Translations under genes and position numbers: made by a program
Shown: in pieces, positions 26,054-36,101 of the stretch
How the letters are laid out: each line of letters starts with the position of its first letter
How positions within the stretch are numbered: position 1 is the first letter of the stretch
The notes under the pieces: model-generated
Seen by the model: only the letters and a program-made list of their open reading frames with translations
Database searches by the model: none
What the model was told of the DNA's origin: nothing
Assembly: GCA_902514875.1 (NCBI GenBank)
Contig: CABXSY010000004.1
Span: 16,890 to 80,889 of the forward strand
Reading direction: 5' to 3'
DNA length: 64,000 bases
Source of the DNA: an uncultured Alphaproteobacteria bacterium
GTDB lineage: Bacteria > Pseudomonadota > Alphaproteobacteria > HIMB59 > GCA-002718135

Positions 26054-27829
26054 AATATTATTTAAAAATTTAGAGTCGTCTAAAAGTTTTTTTTTGTCAA
26101 TTAGTCTAATAGAGTTATACCAAGGAGTATTATCTGTTTTTTGATTCCAATAATGAAAGACAGCAAAATTTTTTGGTTTAATTAAAATCGTTTTTACACC
26201 TAATGCTCCAGCAAGATGGGCAGTACTATTACTAATAGTAACAAACACATCAAGTGATTTTAATAATGAAGCAATGCCTTCAAAATCATTATACAAATCC
26301 AGACCCTTTATATTTAGCAATTTATTCTTAGCCCTTTTGTTGAAACTATAAATTTCATCTTCAACATCGCCATATTGTAAATTAAAGATATCACAGTTAG
26401 TAAGATTAAAAACTTTATTAAGATCATTAAGGCTTAGAGATTTGTCTGAGGCAAATTTATTATTAAAACTTTTCCACGATAATCCTATTTTGTATTTCTT
26501 TTTATAAATTGACAATTTTTTTTGCATGTCTTCAAATTTTTTTTTATCTACTTTAAAAAAAGAATAATTTCTAAAATCTTTAATATTCTTGCGATAATAT
26601 CTTCCTAAGCTTCCTGCATAAATTACATTATCAATATTTTTAAACTTCTGATCATCATTTGTAAATGTTCCAAGAGCAACAAATTTCTCACTATATTTTG
26701 GGAATGATCTTTTGTATAGATTTAATAAACGAGGATCACATTCAATAACTGTATTATCAATATCATCTAAAAGATCTACATACATAGAACTATAAAGAAT
26801 TTCATCTCCAACACCCTGTTCGCGTACAATTAAAAATTTACCCCTTTTATTTTTCAGGCTACTTGATCTATATATTTTACTATTCAATTTTTTAACATAA
26901 TTACTTTTTTCTCTAAAATCTTCTAAATCTAATCTTCCATCAAAGTAATTCCAACCATTTTCGAAATCGTGATCCTTTAGATAAATAAGAGAAATTGTTT
27001 TTTGAATATCGCCATCATTATTTTTCATTTCTAAAGCTTTAAAGCTATTTTTCTTTGCTTCTTTATGGTCATCTAAATCAAAGTAAATTTTTGCCAAATT
27101 GTTATAGATATAAGCATTATTTGGATTTACTAAAAGAGCTTGTTTGTAATAGTTTATGGCTTTTTTATAAGATAATTCTTCTCTATAAAAACCTGCAATA
27201 TTATTTAATAAATAAAAAGATAACTTGTCAATTTTTAATGCTCTCAAATAATATTCTTCTGCTTTTACTCTTTCATGTTGCTCATGGTATGTCCTTGCTA
27301 AAGAATTTAATGCTGAGAGATTTTTTGAGTCTATTTTTAAAATATTTTCAAATATTTTTATTGCCTCATCATAATTACCCTCTTGGAATAAGCACTGACC
27401 TATTACACCTAGAGAAGCTAAGTCTTCATTATTTTTTTTAAGGTAAAATAAGCAAATATTTTTTGCTTCTTCAATTCTATTCAATTTGTATAGAACAAAA
27501 GCTTTGTCTTTATCTACATTTTCAATTATTTCTATTTTTAAAATACTTTCTATTATTTTAAGCGCTTCATAATAATTTCCCTCTACAATATCTATATTAT
27601 AAAGATTAATCATTGCTTTTAGATTTTTTTCAGCATTTATTAAATGATTATAATTTATTCTAGCTTCTTCATTTAAGTTTAGATTCTGCTGAATAACTGC
27701 TAGGTTATAACGTAACAAATTATTATCTTTATTTTTATTAAAAATTTTTTGAAGCTCTTTATAACTTTTTAATTTATCACCCTTTTCAAATTTTTTGAGA
27801 ATATTGTTAATTTGAGAAATTAAATTCAT
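26042..27829 (-). CDS. TPR-repeat protein with C-terminal GT9-like (heptosyltransferase-fold) glycosyltransferase domain
   Basis: ~300 aa of TPRs, then LIVREQGVGDEILYSSMY ... ISNSTAHLAGALGVKTILI. Confidence 0.65.
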   Translation of the reverse strand: MNLISQINNILKKFEKGDKLKSYKELQKIFNKNKDNNLLRYNLAVIQQNLNLNEEARINYNHLINAEKNLKAMINLYNIDIVEGNYYEALKIIESILKIEIIENVDKDKAFVLYKLNRIEEAKNICLFYLKKNNEDLASLGVIGQCLFQEGNYDEAIKIFENILKIDSKNLSALNSLARTYHEQHERVKAEEYYLRALKIDKLSFYLLNNIAGFYREELSYKKAINYYKQALLVNPNNAYIYNNLAKIYFDLDDHKEAKKNSFKALEMKNNDGDIQKTISLIYLKDHDFENGWNYFDGRLDLEDFREKSNYVKKLNSKIYRSSSLKNKRGKFLIVREQGVGDEILYSSMYVDLLDDIDNTVIECDPRLLNLYKRSFPKYSEKFVALGTFTNDDQKFKNIDNVIYAGSLGRYYRKNIKDFRNYSFFKVDKKKFEDMQKKLSIYKKKYKIGLSWKSFNNKFASDKSLSLNDLNKVFNLTNCDIFNLQYGDVEDEIYSFNKRAKNKLLNIKGLDLYNDFEGIASLLKSLDVFVTISNSTAHLAGALGVKTILIKPKNFAVFHYWNQKTDNTPWYNSIRLIDKKKLLDDSKFLNNILGI

Positions 27830-29612
27830 TATTGTTATCTAAAATATTATTTATTTGCTTAGTAGTTTCACTGATTGAATTTTCTATTCCTAAAACTCTT
27901 ATATTTTTATACCATATTGATGATTGACTTCTAGTATTCCAGTAGAAATACGTTGATGATTTTTTTGGACATATTAATATTGTAGGTATTCCAAGAGCCC
28001 CTGCAAAATGTGCTGTTGAGTTGCTAACTGTTATAAAAAGATCTAAGTTATTTAGTAAACCCATACAGGATTCAATATCATTGAATAAGTCTAAATCATC
28101 AAATATTTTTAAATACTTATCCTGACTAGATAAATATTTTTTATCATTCTCAATACTTCCATATTGTAAATTTATAATAAGTCTATCACTAGTAAATAAT
28201 GGTTCAAAATCCTTTATAGACAATGATTTTAAACTTCCGTAAATATTTATAACACTTTTCCATGAAATGCCTATTTTCAATTTTTGTTTGTAACTAGATA
28301 GTTTTTCTTTGTATTTATTAATAATATCATTTCTAGCTAATAAATAATTACTTTTATCAAAGTCCGTTTTTCCTTTTCTAAAAAATTTAACCATACTTCC
28401 AGCGTAAACAACATTATCAAATTCAGATATTTTTGAATTTTTTGAATAGTATCCATCTTCAACAAAAACATCATTATGAAATGATCGACTAAAAACTGAT
28501 ACTAATCTTTTATCAGCTTCAATTTTAATATTTTTATAATTATCAATCATATCTTTATATATAGAGCTAAACAAAATCTCTTCACCAATTCCTTGTTCTC
28601 TTAAAATCAGCAATTTATTTTCTGGATTTATTTTTAAATTGGCAAACAGGTTATTTTTAACTATTTCAAAATTATTCAATTTGACTTTATTTTTTTCAAT
28701 CAATAATCTTGAGTCAAATAAATCCCAAGAACTGGAAAAATTATTTAATTTTAGCTGTAAAGTACAATAAGCATACATAAGCTTATAATCGTACGGATTA
28801 ATTTTAATTGCCTTATCGTAATAAATTTTTGCTTCTTTTTCTTTATTTTCTCTACAATAACATATTGCTATATTAGATAAAATTTCTTGATTATTTGGGT
28901 CTAAATCTAATGCCTTATTGTAAATTTTTATAGCTTCTAAAATCTTATCTTGAAGACTTAAAACATTGCCTAAGTTTACTATAGTTTTAACATTATAAGA
29001 GTCAATCTTATGAGCATCTTTAAATACTGTATATGCTTCATCTAATTTCTCTAATTCAAGTAAACAAATGCCTAAATTATTATAACTATCAACATATTTA
29101 TTATTTATCTTAATTGCTTGTTCAAAATAATTTTTTGCTTCATGAAAGTTACTATTTTTAAAATATATCAAACCTTTAATATTATGCGCAAAGAAATCAT
29201 CCTCTTCTAATTTTGAAATATCGTCTATGTATTTTTTTGCTTTATCAAAATTATTTTTTAAAAAATAGATGTAAGCTTTATCACGAATTGCCTCATAATG
29301 ATCTTTATCTATTCTAAGAATCAAATTAATGTTTGACAATGCTTCATCTAATAGGCATTTGGTTAAGAGTAATTTATAAATTTTAGAAATACATTCGATA
29401 TTATTCTTATCGATTAACAAAATTTTTTTTAAAGAATATATTGTTGTATTTATATCACCCATTTTTTGTGATATTTGTGATAACACATTTAGAACACTAA
29501 TATTTTTATGATATTTTGCTGATAATTTTTTAATATCTTCGTAGGCAAGATTTTTATCTATCTTGTTAAATGTATTAACAATTTTTTTTAGTTTATTTTC
29601 TAAGTTAGACAT
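27807..29612 (-). CDS. TPR-repeat protein with C-terminal GT9-like glycosyltransferase domain (tandem paralogue)
   Basis: Same architecture: LILREQGIGEEILFSSIY ... VSNSTAHFAGALGIPTILI. 23-nt overlap with the downstream paralogue. Confidence 0.65.
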   Translation of the reverse strand: MSNLENKLKKIVNTFNKIDKNLAYEDIKKLSAKYHKNISVLNVLSQISQKMGDINTTIYSLKKILLIDKNNIECISKIYKLLLTKCLLDEALSNINLILRIDKDHYEAIRDKAYIYFLKNNFDKAKKYIDDISKLEEDDFFAHNIKGLIYFKNSNFHEAKNYFEQAIKINNKYVDSYNNLGICLLELEKLDEAYTVFKDAHKIDSYNVKTIVNLGNVLSLQDKILEAIKIYNKALDLDPNNQEILSNIAICYCRENKEKEAKIYYDKAIKINPYDYKLMYAYCTLQLKLNNFSSSWDLFDSRLLIEKNKVKLNNFEIVKNNLFANLKINPENKLLILREQGIGEEILFSSIYKDMIDNYKNIKIEADKRLVSVFSRSFHNDVFVEDGYYSKNSKISEFDNVVYAGSMVKFFRKGKTDFDKSNYLLARNDIINKYKEKLSSYKQKLKIGISWKSVINIYGSLKSLSIKDFEPLFTSDRLIINLQYGSIENDKKYLSSQDKYLKIFDDLDLFNDIESCMGLLNNLDLFITVSNSTAHFAGALGIPTILICPKKSSTYFYWNTRSQSSIWYKNIRVLGIENSISETTKQINNILDNNNEFNFSN

Positions 29613-29619
29613 AAAAAAA

Positions 29620-29641
29620 CCCAGTCTTTAAAAGACTGGGT
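29620..29641 (-). terminator. Rho-independent terminator downstream of the BI-1 family gene
   Basis: Perfect palindrome CCCAGTCTTTTAAAAGACTGGG, followed on the minus strand by a T-run (A7 at 29613-29619). Confidence 0.75.
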
Positions 29642-29672
29642 ATAATAAAAAGATATTTGGGTTTTAAAAGAA

Positions 29673-30425
29673 TTATCTTCTTTGGCCAAATAATTGTAGT
29701 AATAATATGAATAGATTGATGAAGTCCAAATACAGTTTTAATGCACCCATCAATGCTTTTTTTGATCCTATTTCTTCACTATCACCACCGTAATACATAT
29801 TTTTGATATTTTGAGTATCGTATGCTGTTAATCCTACAAATACTAGAACACCAATAACGGATATTGCAAATTGTAATGCTGTTGAACCAACAAAAATATT
29901 AACAACGCTAGCAATAATAATACCAATGAGTCCCATAAATAAGAAACCACCAAGTTTTGTTAAGTCTCTTTTTGTTGTATATCCATACAAGCTCATCGCA
30001 CCGAATGTACCTGCAGTAATGAAAAATACTCTTGCTATAGAAGTTTGAGTAAATTCAATAAATACTGAAGCGAGGGATAATCCCATAATACTTGCAAATA
30101 ACCAAAATGTTATTTGAGCTGCGGATACTGACATCCTATTAATTCTAGCACTCAAATAAAAAACAAATCCTAGCGGAGCTAGCATAACAATCCATTTTAG
30201 TGGAGATCCAAAAAGTAATGCACCCACTTGAGTTACACCTACGATTTGACCCATTTCATTAGTAACTATTGACGCTTTTCCAAAGAAGTAAGCGATAAAT
30301 CCAGTAAGTAACAAGCCAATTGTCATGTAATTGTAGACTTTAAGCATATACGCTCTCAAGCCTTCATCAATTGCTGTCTGATCTACTGATTTAGTATAAG
30401 ATCGTTGATTAAAGTCTAAAGCCAT
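29673..30425 (-). CDS. Bax inhibitor-1/YccA family membrane protein
   Basis: LRAYMLKVYNYMTIGLLLTG start, 7 TM segments, ~250 aa. Confidence 0.88.
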   Translation of the reverse strand: MALDFNQRSYTKSVDQTAIDEGLRAYMLKVYNYMTIGLLLTGFIAYFFGKASIVTNEMGQIVGVTQVGALLFGSPLKWIVMLAPLGFVFYLSARINRMSVSAAQITFWLFASIMGLSLASVFIEFTQTSIARVFFITAGTFGAMSLYGYTTKRDLTKLGGFLFMGLIGIIIASVVNIFVGSTALQFAISVIGVLVFVGLTAYDTQNIKNMYYGGDSEEIGSKKALMGALKLYLDFINLFILLLQLFGQRR

Positions 30426-30495
30426 AATTTCTCCTTTTAATTATAACTAATATCGCTATAAATCCGACAATTTCAAGGCATTTTGTAAAAATAGT

Positions 30496-31545
30496 ATGAA
30501 GTATAGAAAACTAGGAACCACAGATTTAGAAGTAAGTGTCATTTGTTTAGGCACAATGACTTGGGGAGAACAAAACAACCAAGACGATGGCTTTAAACAG
30601 ATGGATTATGCTTTTGAAAGAGGTATCAATTTTTTTGACACAGCTGAGGTTTACTCTATACCAACCAGAGCTGAAACCTATGGCAAAACAGAGGAAATCG
30701 TTGGTAATTGGTTTGCTCAAAACAATAAACGAAAAGATATAATTTTAGCAACTAAAATTTGCGCAAAAAGTGAAGGGAATAGTTGGATTAGAGATGGAGG
30801 ACCAAATCTAATTTTTGATAAAAAAAATATTAATGAAGCTGTTGACGGCAGTCTTAGAAGATTAAAAACTGATTATATCGATTTATATCAACTTCATGCA
30901 CCAGAGAGAAAAGTTCCAAAGTTTGGAAAACTAGATTTTGAATATGATCCTGAAGATTCATGGGTTGAGTTAGAAGAAGTGTTATCTTGTCTCCAAGATT
31001 TAATTAAGCAAGGAAAAGTAAGACACATAGGTGTCTCTAATGAAACACCTTGGGGCGTGATGAAATATATGAAATTATCTGAAGAAAAAAATCTTCCCAG
31101 GATGATGTCTATCCAAAATGTTTATAGTTTAGTAAATAGAATTTTTGATATCCATAACTCTGAAGTTTCAATAAGAGAGAATTGTGGTTTACTCGCTTAC
31201 TCCCCTTTAGCGGGTGGAAGATTAAGTGGAAAATATATTGGTGGTAAAAATCCACTAAATTCAAGATTTACATTATGGGCTAATCGCTTTGATAGACATA
31301 ATACAATGAGAGGAGAAAATGCTATTGAAAAATATGTTAATCTCGCCAACAAGCATGGCATTGCACCCTCAACCTTTGCCAACGCATTTGTGAATGATCG
31401 TCCATTTGTTACAAGTAATATAATTGGTGCTACAACTATGGACCAACTTAAAGAAAATATAGATAGCATTGATATAACACTTTCAAAAGAAATATTAAAA
31501 GAAATTGAAGATATTCATCTTTATGATCCAAACCCTTGCGTGTAA
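30496..31545 (+). CDS. NADP-dependent aldo/keto reductase (Tas-like)
   Basis: MKYRKLGTTDLEVSVICLGTMTWG, GINFFDTAEVY, YIDLYQLH. Confidence 0.9.
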   Translation: MKYRKLGTTDLEVSVICLGTMTWGEQNNQDDGFKQMDYAFERGINFFDTAEVYSIPTRAETYGKTEEIVGNWFAQNNKRKDIILATKICAKSEGNSWIRDGGPNLIFDKKNINEAVDGSLRRLKTDYIDLYQLHAPERKVPKFGKLDFEYDPEDSWVELEEVLSCLQDLIKQGKVRHIGVSNETPWGVMKYMKLSEEKNLPRMMSIQNVYSLVNRIFDIHNSEVSIRENCGLLAYSPLAGGRLSGKYIGGKNPLNSRFTLWANRFDRHNTMRGENAIEKYVNLANKHGIAPSTFANAFVNDRPFVTSNIIGATTMDQLKENIDSIDITLSKEILKEIEDIHLYDPNPCV

Positions 31546-31563
31546 TGATTGTGTATATAAAAA

Positions 31564-32616
31564 ATGAAATATAGAAAATTAGGTAATACAGATATTGACG
31601 TAAGTGTCATTTGTTTAGGTACAATGACTTTTGGTGAGCAAAATAGTCAACAAGAAGGTTTTGATCAAATGGATTATGCAGTTGAAAGAGGTATCAATTT
31701 TTTTGACACAGCTGAGCTATACGCAGTTATGCCGAGAAAAGAAACTTATGGCAAAACAGAGGAAATTGTTGGTAATTGGTTACAAGAAAGAAAAAATAGA
31801 GACAAAATTATTTTAGCTTCAAAAATAGCTTCAAAATCAGATGGCCTCGAGTGGATAAGAGAAGGATCAAAAAGTTTAGGTTTTGATAAAAAAAATATGA
31901 ATGCTGCAATAGATCAGAGTCTTAAAAGATTAAAAACTGATTATATTGATTTATATCAATTACATTGGCCAGAGAGAAAAGTACCAAAATTTGGAATTTT
32001 AGACTTTGAATATGATGCAAGTGATAATGATTGGACTACAGTAGAGGAAGTTTTATATAATCTAGATCAACTTGTGAAAACAGGTAAAATTAGATACGCT
32101 GGTTTATCTAATGAAACACCATGGGGTGTCATGAAATACCTTCAAATTTCAAAAGAAAAAAATCTTCCACGAATGATGTCAATACAGAATGTTTATAGTT
32201 TAGTTAATCGCGTATTTGATATTCATAACTCTGAAGTTTCAATAAGAGAGAATTGTGGTTTACTCGCTTACTCCCCTTTAGCAGGAGGAAGGTTAAGTGG
32301 TAAATATATTGGTGGAAAAAATCCAGAAAAAGCAAGGTATACTCTATGGCCAAGCCGTTTTTCCAGACACCATACTGAAAGAGGAGAAAGTGCAATAGAA
32401 AAATATTTTAAGCTTGCTCAAAAATATGAAATGGCACCATCTACATTTGCCAACGCATTTGTGAATGATCGTCCATTTGTTACAAGTAATATAATTGGTG
32501 CTACAACTATGGACCAACTTAAAGAAAATATAGATAGCATTGATATAACACTTTCAAAAGAAATATTAAAAGAAATTGAGGACATACACTTATTTGATCC
32601 AAATCCTTGTGTTTAA
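31564..32616 (+). CDS. NADP-dependent aldo/keto reductase (tandem paralogue)
   Basis: Same motifs. C-terminal third nearly identical to the upstream copy. Confidence 0.9.
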   Translation: MKYRKLGNTDIDVSVICLGTMTFGEQNSQQEGFDQMDYAVERGINFFDTAELYAVMPRKETYGKTEEIVGNWLQERKNRDKIILASKIASKSDGLEWIREGSKSLGFDKKNMNAAIDQSLKRLKTDYIDLYQLHWPERKVPKFGILDFEYDASDNDWTTVEEVLYNLDQLVKTGKIRYAGLSNETPWGVMKYLQISKEKNLPRMMSIQNVYSLVNRVFDIHNSEVSIRENCGLLAYSPLAGGRLSGKYIGGKNPEKARYTLWPSRFSRHHTERGESAIEKYFKLAQKYEMAPSTFANAFVNDRPFVTSNIIGATTMDQLKENIDSIDITLSKEILKEIEDIHLFDPNPCV

Positions 32617-32619
32617 TCT

Positions 32620-33495
32620 TTATATTTTTATTTCATCTAATAACTTACGAACGTTTTTAACAAAGCTTCTATCCCATAAATAAACATTTAATAACGAATA
32701 ATATAATTGATAAATTGGCTCATATTCTAAATAATTTTTATCAATACTTATAAAATCATTGTATCTATCTAAAAAATTTTTATCAATAAACCTTGGATCA
32801 AACCATCTTAAGTAGGACACTTCTAATTCATTATGACCATAAAAAGATCCTGGATCTATAAGTCCTGAAAATTTTTTATTTTTAAAAAGTATATTTCCTT
32901 CCCATAAGTCTCCATGTAATAATGATGGTTTTGGGTTATTGGGAATAAAATTATCCATTTTTTTTAACAACAAATTAATTTTAGTATTAATAGAACTATC
33001 CATTGGTTGCTTTTTATTAATTAAATCAAATATATAGTATAATCTTTTATCTCTGTAGAATTCTACCCAATTTTTTGAATAAGAATTTATTTGTCTTAAT
33101 CCACCAATTTGAGTATCAAAATCAAAACCATAATTTATACTATTTTTAGAATGAAGAGAAATTATTGCCTCTAATAAATCATCATTAATCTTATTTGGTT
33201 GATAATTATTATTGTCAATAAATGACATTATAACGAGATAATCATTGTTACTAACAATTCTTGGGAAAAAATTGAAATTATTATTATTATAAAAAACAAG
33301 GTTATTAACTTCAGATTTTATTGCATTAAATTCATATTTTTTGTCATAGTAATACTTAACAATAAATTTTTTATTATCTTCATTAACAATTTTTAGACAA
33401 TTAATGCCAAAAGAGTCTGATAATAACTTGCTATCTATAATTTTTTTATTATCTAAAAGTTTTTCAATTTCTAAAATGATACTTTGATCAATCAT
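32620..33495 (-). CDS. Fructosamine/ketosamine-3-kinase family protein
   Basis: LLHGDLWEGNILF and GLIDPGSFYGHNELE kinase motifs. Confidence 0.82.
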   Translation of the reverse strand: MIDQSIILEIEKLLDNKKIIDSKLLSDSFGINCLKIVNEDNKKFIVKYYYDKKYEFNAIKSEVNNLVFYNNNNFNFFPRIVSNNDYLVIMSFIDNNNYQPNKINDDLLEAIISLHSKNSINYGFDFDTQIGGLRQINSYSKNWVEFYRDKRLYYIFDLINKKQPMDSSINTKINLLLKKMDNFIPNNPKPSLLHGDLWEGNILFKNKKFSGLIDPGSFYGHNELEVSYLRWFDPRFIDKNFLDRYNDFISIDKNYLEYEPIYQLYYSLLNVYLWDRSFVKNVRKLLDEIKI

Positions 33496-33500
33496 ACTAA

Positions 33501-33932
33501 ATGTACAAAAAAATTAACTTTCAATTTCTAATTTCATATTTCGGATTAATACCATATGTTTTAATTTTTTTAGATAAATACTATTTTTTAGTAGTTGAGG
33601 AAGAAGATCTACTTAATTTTGTTACTTACTATAGTCTAATTATAATTGTTTTTATTGGATCAATAAACTGGAATTTAAAAATTAATCCACCCACGCATAT
33701 AGTAATTTACGGTTTTTTGCCTAGCTTATTTGCTGTTATAATTATTATATTGAGCCTTCTTAACATTAATATTTTAATAATTTTTATTTTAATAATTTTA
33801 CTTTTGTTAACTCAGTTATTTTTTGATTATATTCTATTATTTGCAAACGAAACAAATAAAAAGGCATTTTACTATCTCAGGCTGCCTCTAACGATTTTGA
33901 TTATCCTATTTTTATTTCTTATTTCATTGTAA
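33501..33932 (+). CDS. Small polytopic membrane protein (DUF3429-like)
   Basis: 4 predicted TM helices. SYFGLIPYV N-terminal motif resembles DUF3429. Confidence 0.45.
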   Translation: MYKKINFQFLISYFGLIPYVLIFLDKYYFLVVEEEDLLNFVTYYSLIIIVFIGSINWNLKINPPTHIVIYGFLPSLFAVIIIILSLLNINILIIFILIILLLLTQLFFDYILLFANETNKKAFYYLRLPLTILIILFLFLISL

Positions 33933-34914
33933 GGCTGATACGACCAATATTCCTACCTGCATGATTTTTTAACTCAAACCTTTCTTTTTTTTCTAGATTT
34001 TTTAATTCTACTTTACTCATAACTTTAAATTTTTTAAAAATATTTAGTATAGCAATTGGTATAGCTCTTTCATTTCCATCTGCAATTTTAATTACCCCAC
34101 TAATTGCCTTTTGGAAATCAACAAATAAAAAAACACCTTCAGCCCCACTTTTACAAAATATTTTTCCTTTTGAAGCTTTTATTACTTTTGTATCAAAACT
34201 CACAGTTCCTCCAATAAATTCAGGATTTATTAAAATTGAATTAACCAAAGTTCTTACTTGATCAGTATACTCATAATTATTTTTATAACTCTTAATCAAA
34301 TTATTTAATGCTTTTGATATAGATTTAATTTTAAATGAGTATTGTGGTGCACTACAACCATCTAGGGAGAAATTTTTCTTTGATAATTTGCTTTCTGTAA
34401 ATTTATTAAAAATTTTTCTGATATCTTTTTGATGTGCATGATTATAATCAAGATAGTTTATAGTGCTTTGATTATTAACCAAACAGCTTGTTAACATGCC
34501 TAAGTGCTTACCTGCACAATTGTTATGTAGTTCATTGAATTTTTTCCTAGAACATATTATTTTTTCAGAGGCGTTTTTATCTAATGGCGCATGAATACCA
34601 CATTGTAAATCTTTTGTTTTTAAGTTTATTTTTGAAATCCATTTTTTTAACTCTTTTATATGAAATTTTTCTCCTTTGTGTGAAGCACAAGCTAAAGCTA
34701 TATGTTTAGTATTTAATTTATAATTTTTGATTGCATTTGACATTGCAAAAGGAATAGCTTGAAATATTTTGATTGATGATCGAGGGAAAAAAAATTCGTT
34801 ATCATTATTTGTAGATAATAAAACTTTACCATCAACATTTGTTACTAAAGCTTTAACTTGATGTGAGCTTTCAACTCTTTTACCCCTAATAAAATCTACG
34901 TGAATTTTGGACAC
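33919..34914 (-). CDS. Asparaginase II family protein (PF06089-type)
   Basis: VESSHQV, PRSSIKIFQAIP, LACASHKGEKFH, LQCGIHAP, NNCAGKHLGML. Confidence 0.8.
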   Translation of the reverse strand: MSKIHVDFIRGKRVESSHQVKALVTNVDGKVLLSTNNDNEFFFPRSSIKIFQAIPFAMSNAIKNYKLNTKHIALACASHKGEKFHIKELKKWISKINLKTKDLQCGIHAPLDKNASEKIICSRKKFNELHNNCAGKHLGMLTSCLVNNQSTINYLDYNHAHQKDIRKIFNKFTESKLSKKNFSLDGCSAPQYSFKIKSISKALNNLIKSYKNNYEYTDQVRTLVNSILINPEFIGGTVSFDTKVIKASKGKIFCKSGAEGVFLFVDFQKAISGVIKIADGNERAIPIAILNIFKKFKVMSKVELKNLEKKERFELKNHAGRNIGRISLTMK

Positions 34915-34938
34915 GTATGAAGTTATACAATAATGTGT

Positions 34939-35568
34939 TTATTTTTGCTTAAAAAAAGATTTAATAAATGTAAATAAATTTAGGAAAGATCCATACTTAC
35001 CAAAGAATATTACATCTTTTTCGGTAATACTTAAGCATACACAACCTGTGTCTTTAGATGCTATTGGCGTATGTTTTATTTTTTGATCGTTAATCTGAAT
35101 ATCTCCTTTAGAGTATTCACCATATTCATCACAGAAACTACCATCTAGGACTAATATATACTCCTTTCCAGCATGGGAGTGCATTGGTACGGAAACTCCG
35201 GGGTCCATTTTTATTAATTTCAATTCGTCTTTATCATCGATGGATGTGGTATACTCCATGAAACCCTTATAAACTTGTTTCCAATTTAAATTATTTAGGT
35301 TGCCAAAAAAGCTGGTTACTGGGTCTTTAAGATTTGATGCAGATTTAATATTTTTATTATTCATACAGTCTGTATATTTCAAATTTTTAGGACGAATGTT
35401 CTCGTTATCCATTAAGTTTTCACCCAACATATTTTCAAATGTACTACTAATTTTAGAGGCATCTGAGTTTAATTCTAAATATGTTGAAGCAAATAGAGAC
35501 TTTGCTGGTCCTAATATTCCAGAAGCAAAATCAAATATTAGCTGGTTTTTTACTACTATTTCGTTCAT
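34939..35568 (-). CDS. chrR: ChrR-type anti-sigma-E factor (C-terminal cupin domain)
   Basis: PMHSHAGKEYILVLDGSF...KHTP cupin metal motif. ATGA-coupled to the upstream ECF sigma gene. Confidence 0.8.
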   Translation of the reverse strand: MNEIVVKNQLIFDFASGILGPAKSLFASTYLELNSDASKISSTFENMLGENLMDNENIRPKNLKYTDCMNNKNIKSASNLKDPVTSFFGNLNNLNWKQVYKGFMEYTTSIDDKDELKLIKMDPGVSVPMHSHAGKEYILVLDGSFCDEYGEYSKGDIQINDQKIKHTPIASKDTGCVCLSITEKDVIFFGKYGSFLNLFTFIKSFFKQK

Positions 35569-36101
35569 CTTAAAAATTCATGCATTTTCGTTAAAATTTG
35601 CCTTATCCTTGATTTAACTGTCCCTAATGGAATTTCAAGCTCATCTGCAATTTTTTTATGACTTTTGTTTTCAAAAAAGTTCATTTTTATCATTATTTTT
35701 TGCTGTTCATCGAGCTCATTATTTATTCTTTCTATTTGTTTTTTTGCCTCATTTTCTTCAATGAGGTCAATTTCTCTATCTAGGTACAAAAATTCTCTTA
35801 TATCTTCTTCCTTAAAGTTTATTTTTGAATTTTTCCTTAAAAAGTCTATTTTTTTGTTTCTCGCAATAGTAAATATCCATGTTGAAAGTGCTGATTTTGT
35901 TGAATCATATAGGTTTGATTTTACCCAAACAGTACTTAAGACCTCTTGTGTGAGCTCTTCAGAGCTTTCAAACTTGATCCTATTTTGAATAAAATAGGAG
36001 TTAACTTTAGGAGCAAAAAAATCAAAAATTTGCGAAAAAGCCATTTCGTCGCGGTCTTTTTGAATCCGTTTCATCAAGTCATTTAAGTTTGATTTTTCCA
36101 T
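35565..36101 (-). CDS. rpoE: ECF-type RNA polymerase sigma factor (RpoE-like)
   Basis: Region 2 (LSTWIFTIARNKKIDFLR) and region 4 HTH (KSHKKIADELEIPLGTVKSRI). Confidence 0.88.
   Translation of the reverse strand: MEKSNLNDLMKRIQKDRDEMAFSQIFDFFAPKVNSYFIQNRIKFESSEELTQEVLSTVWVKSNLYDSTKSALSTWIFTIARNKKIDFLRKNSKINFKEEDIREFLYLDREIDLIEENEAKKQIERINNELDEQQKIMIKMNFFENKSHKKIADELEIPLGTVKSRIRQILTKMHEFLR

Noticed and set aside
27055-27441. 128-aa plus-strand ORF inside the TPR-GT gene
   Set aside because: It is antisense to the TPR repeats. The repetitive TPR codon pattern keeps the opposite frame open by chance.
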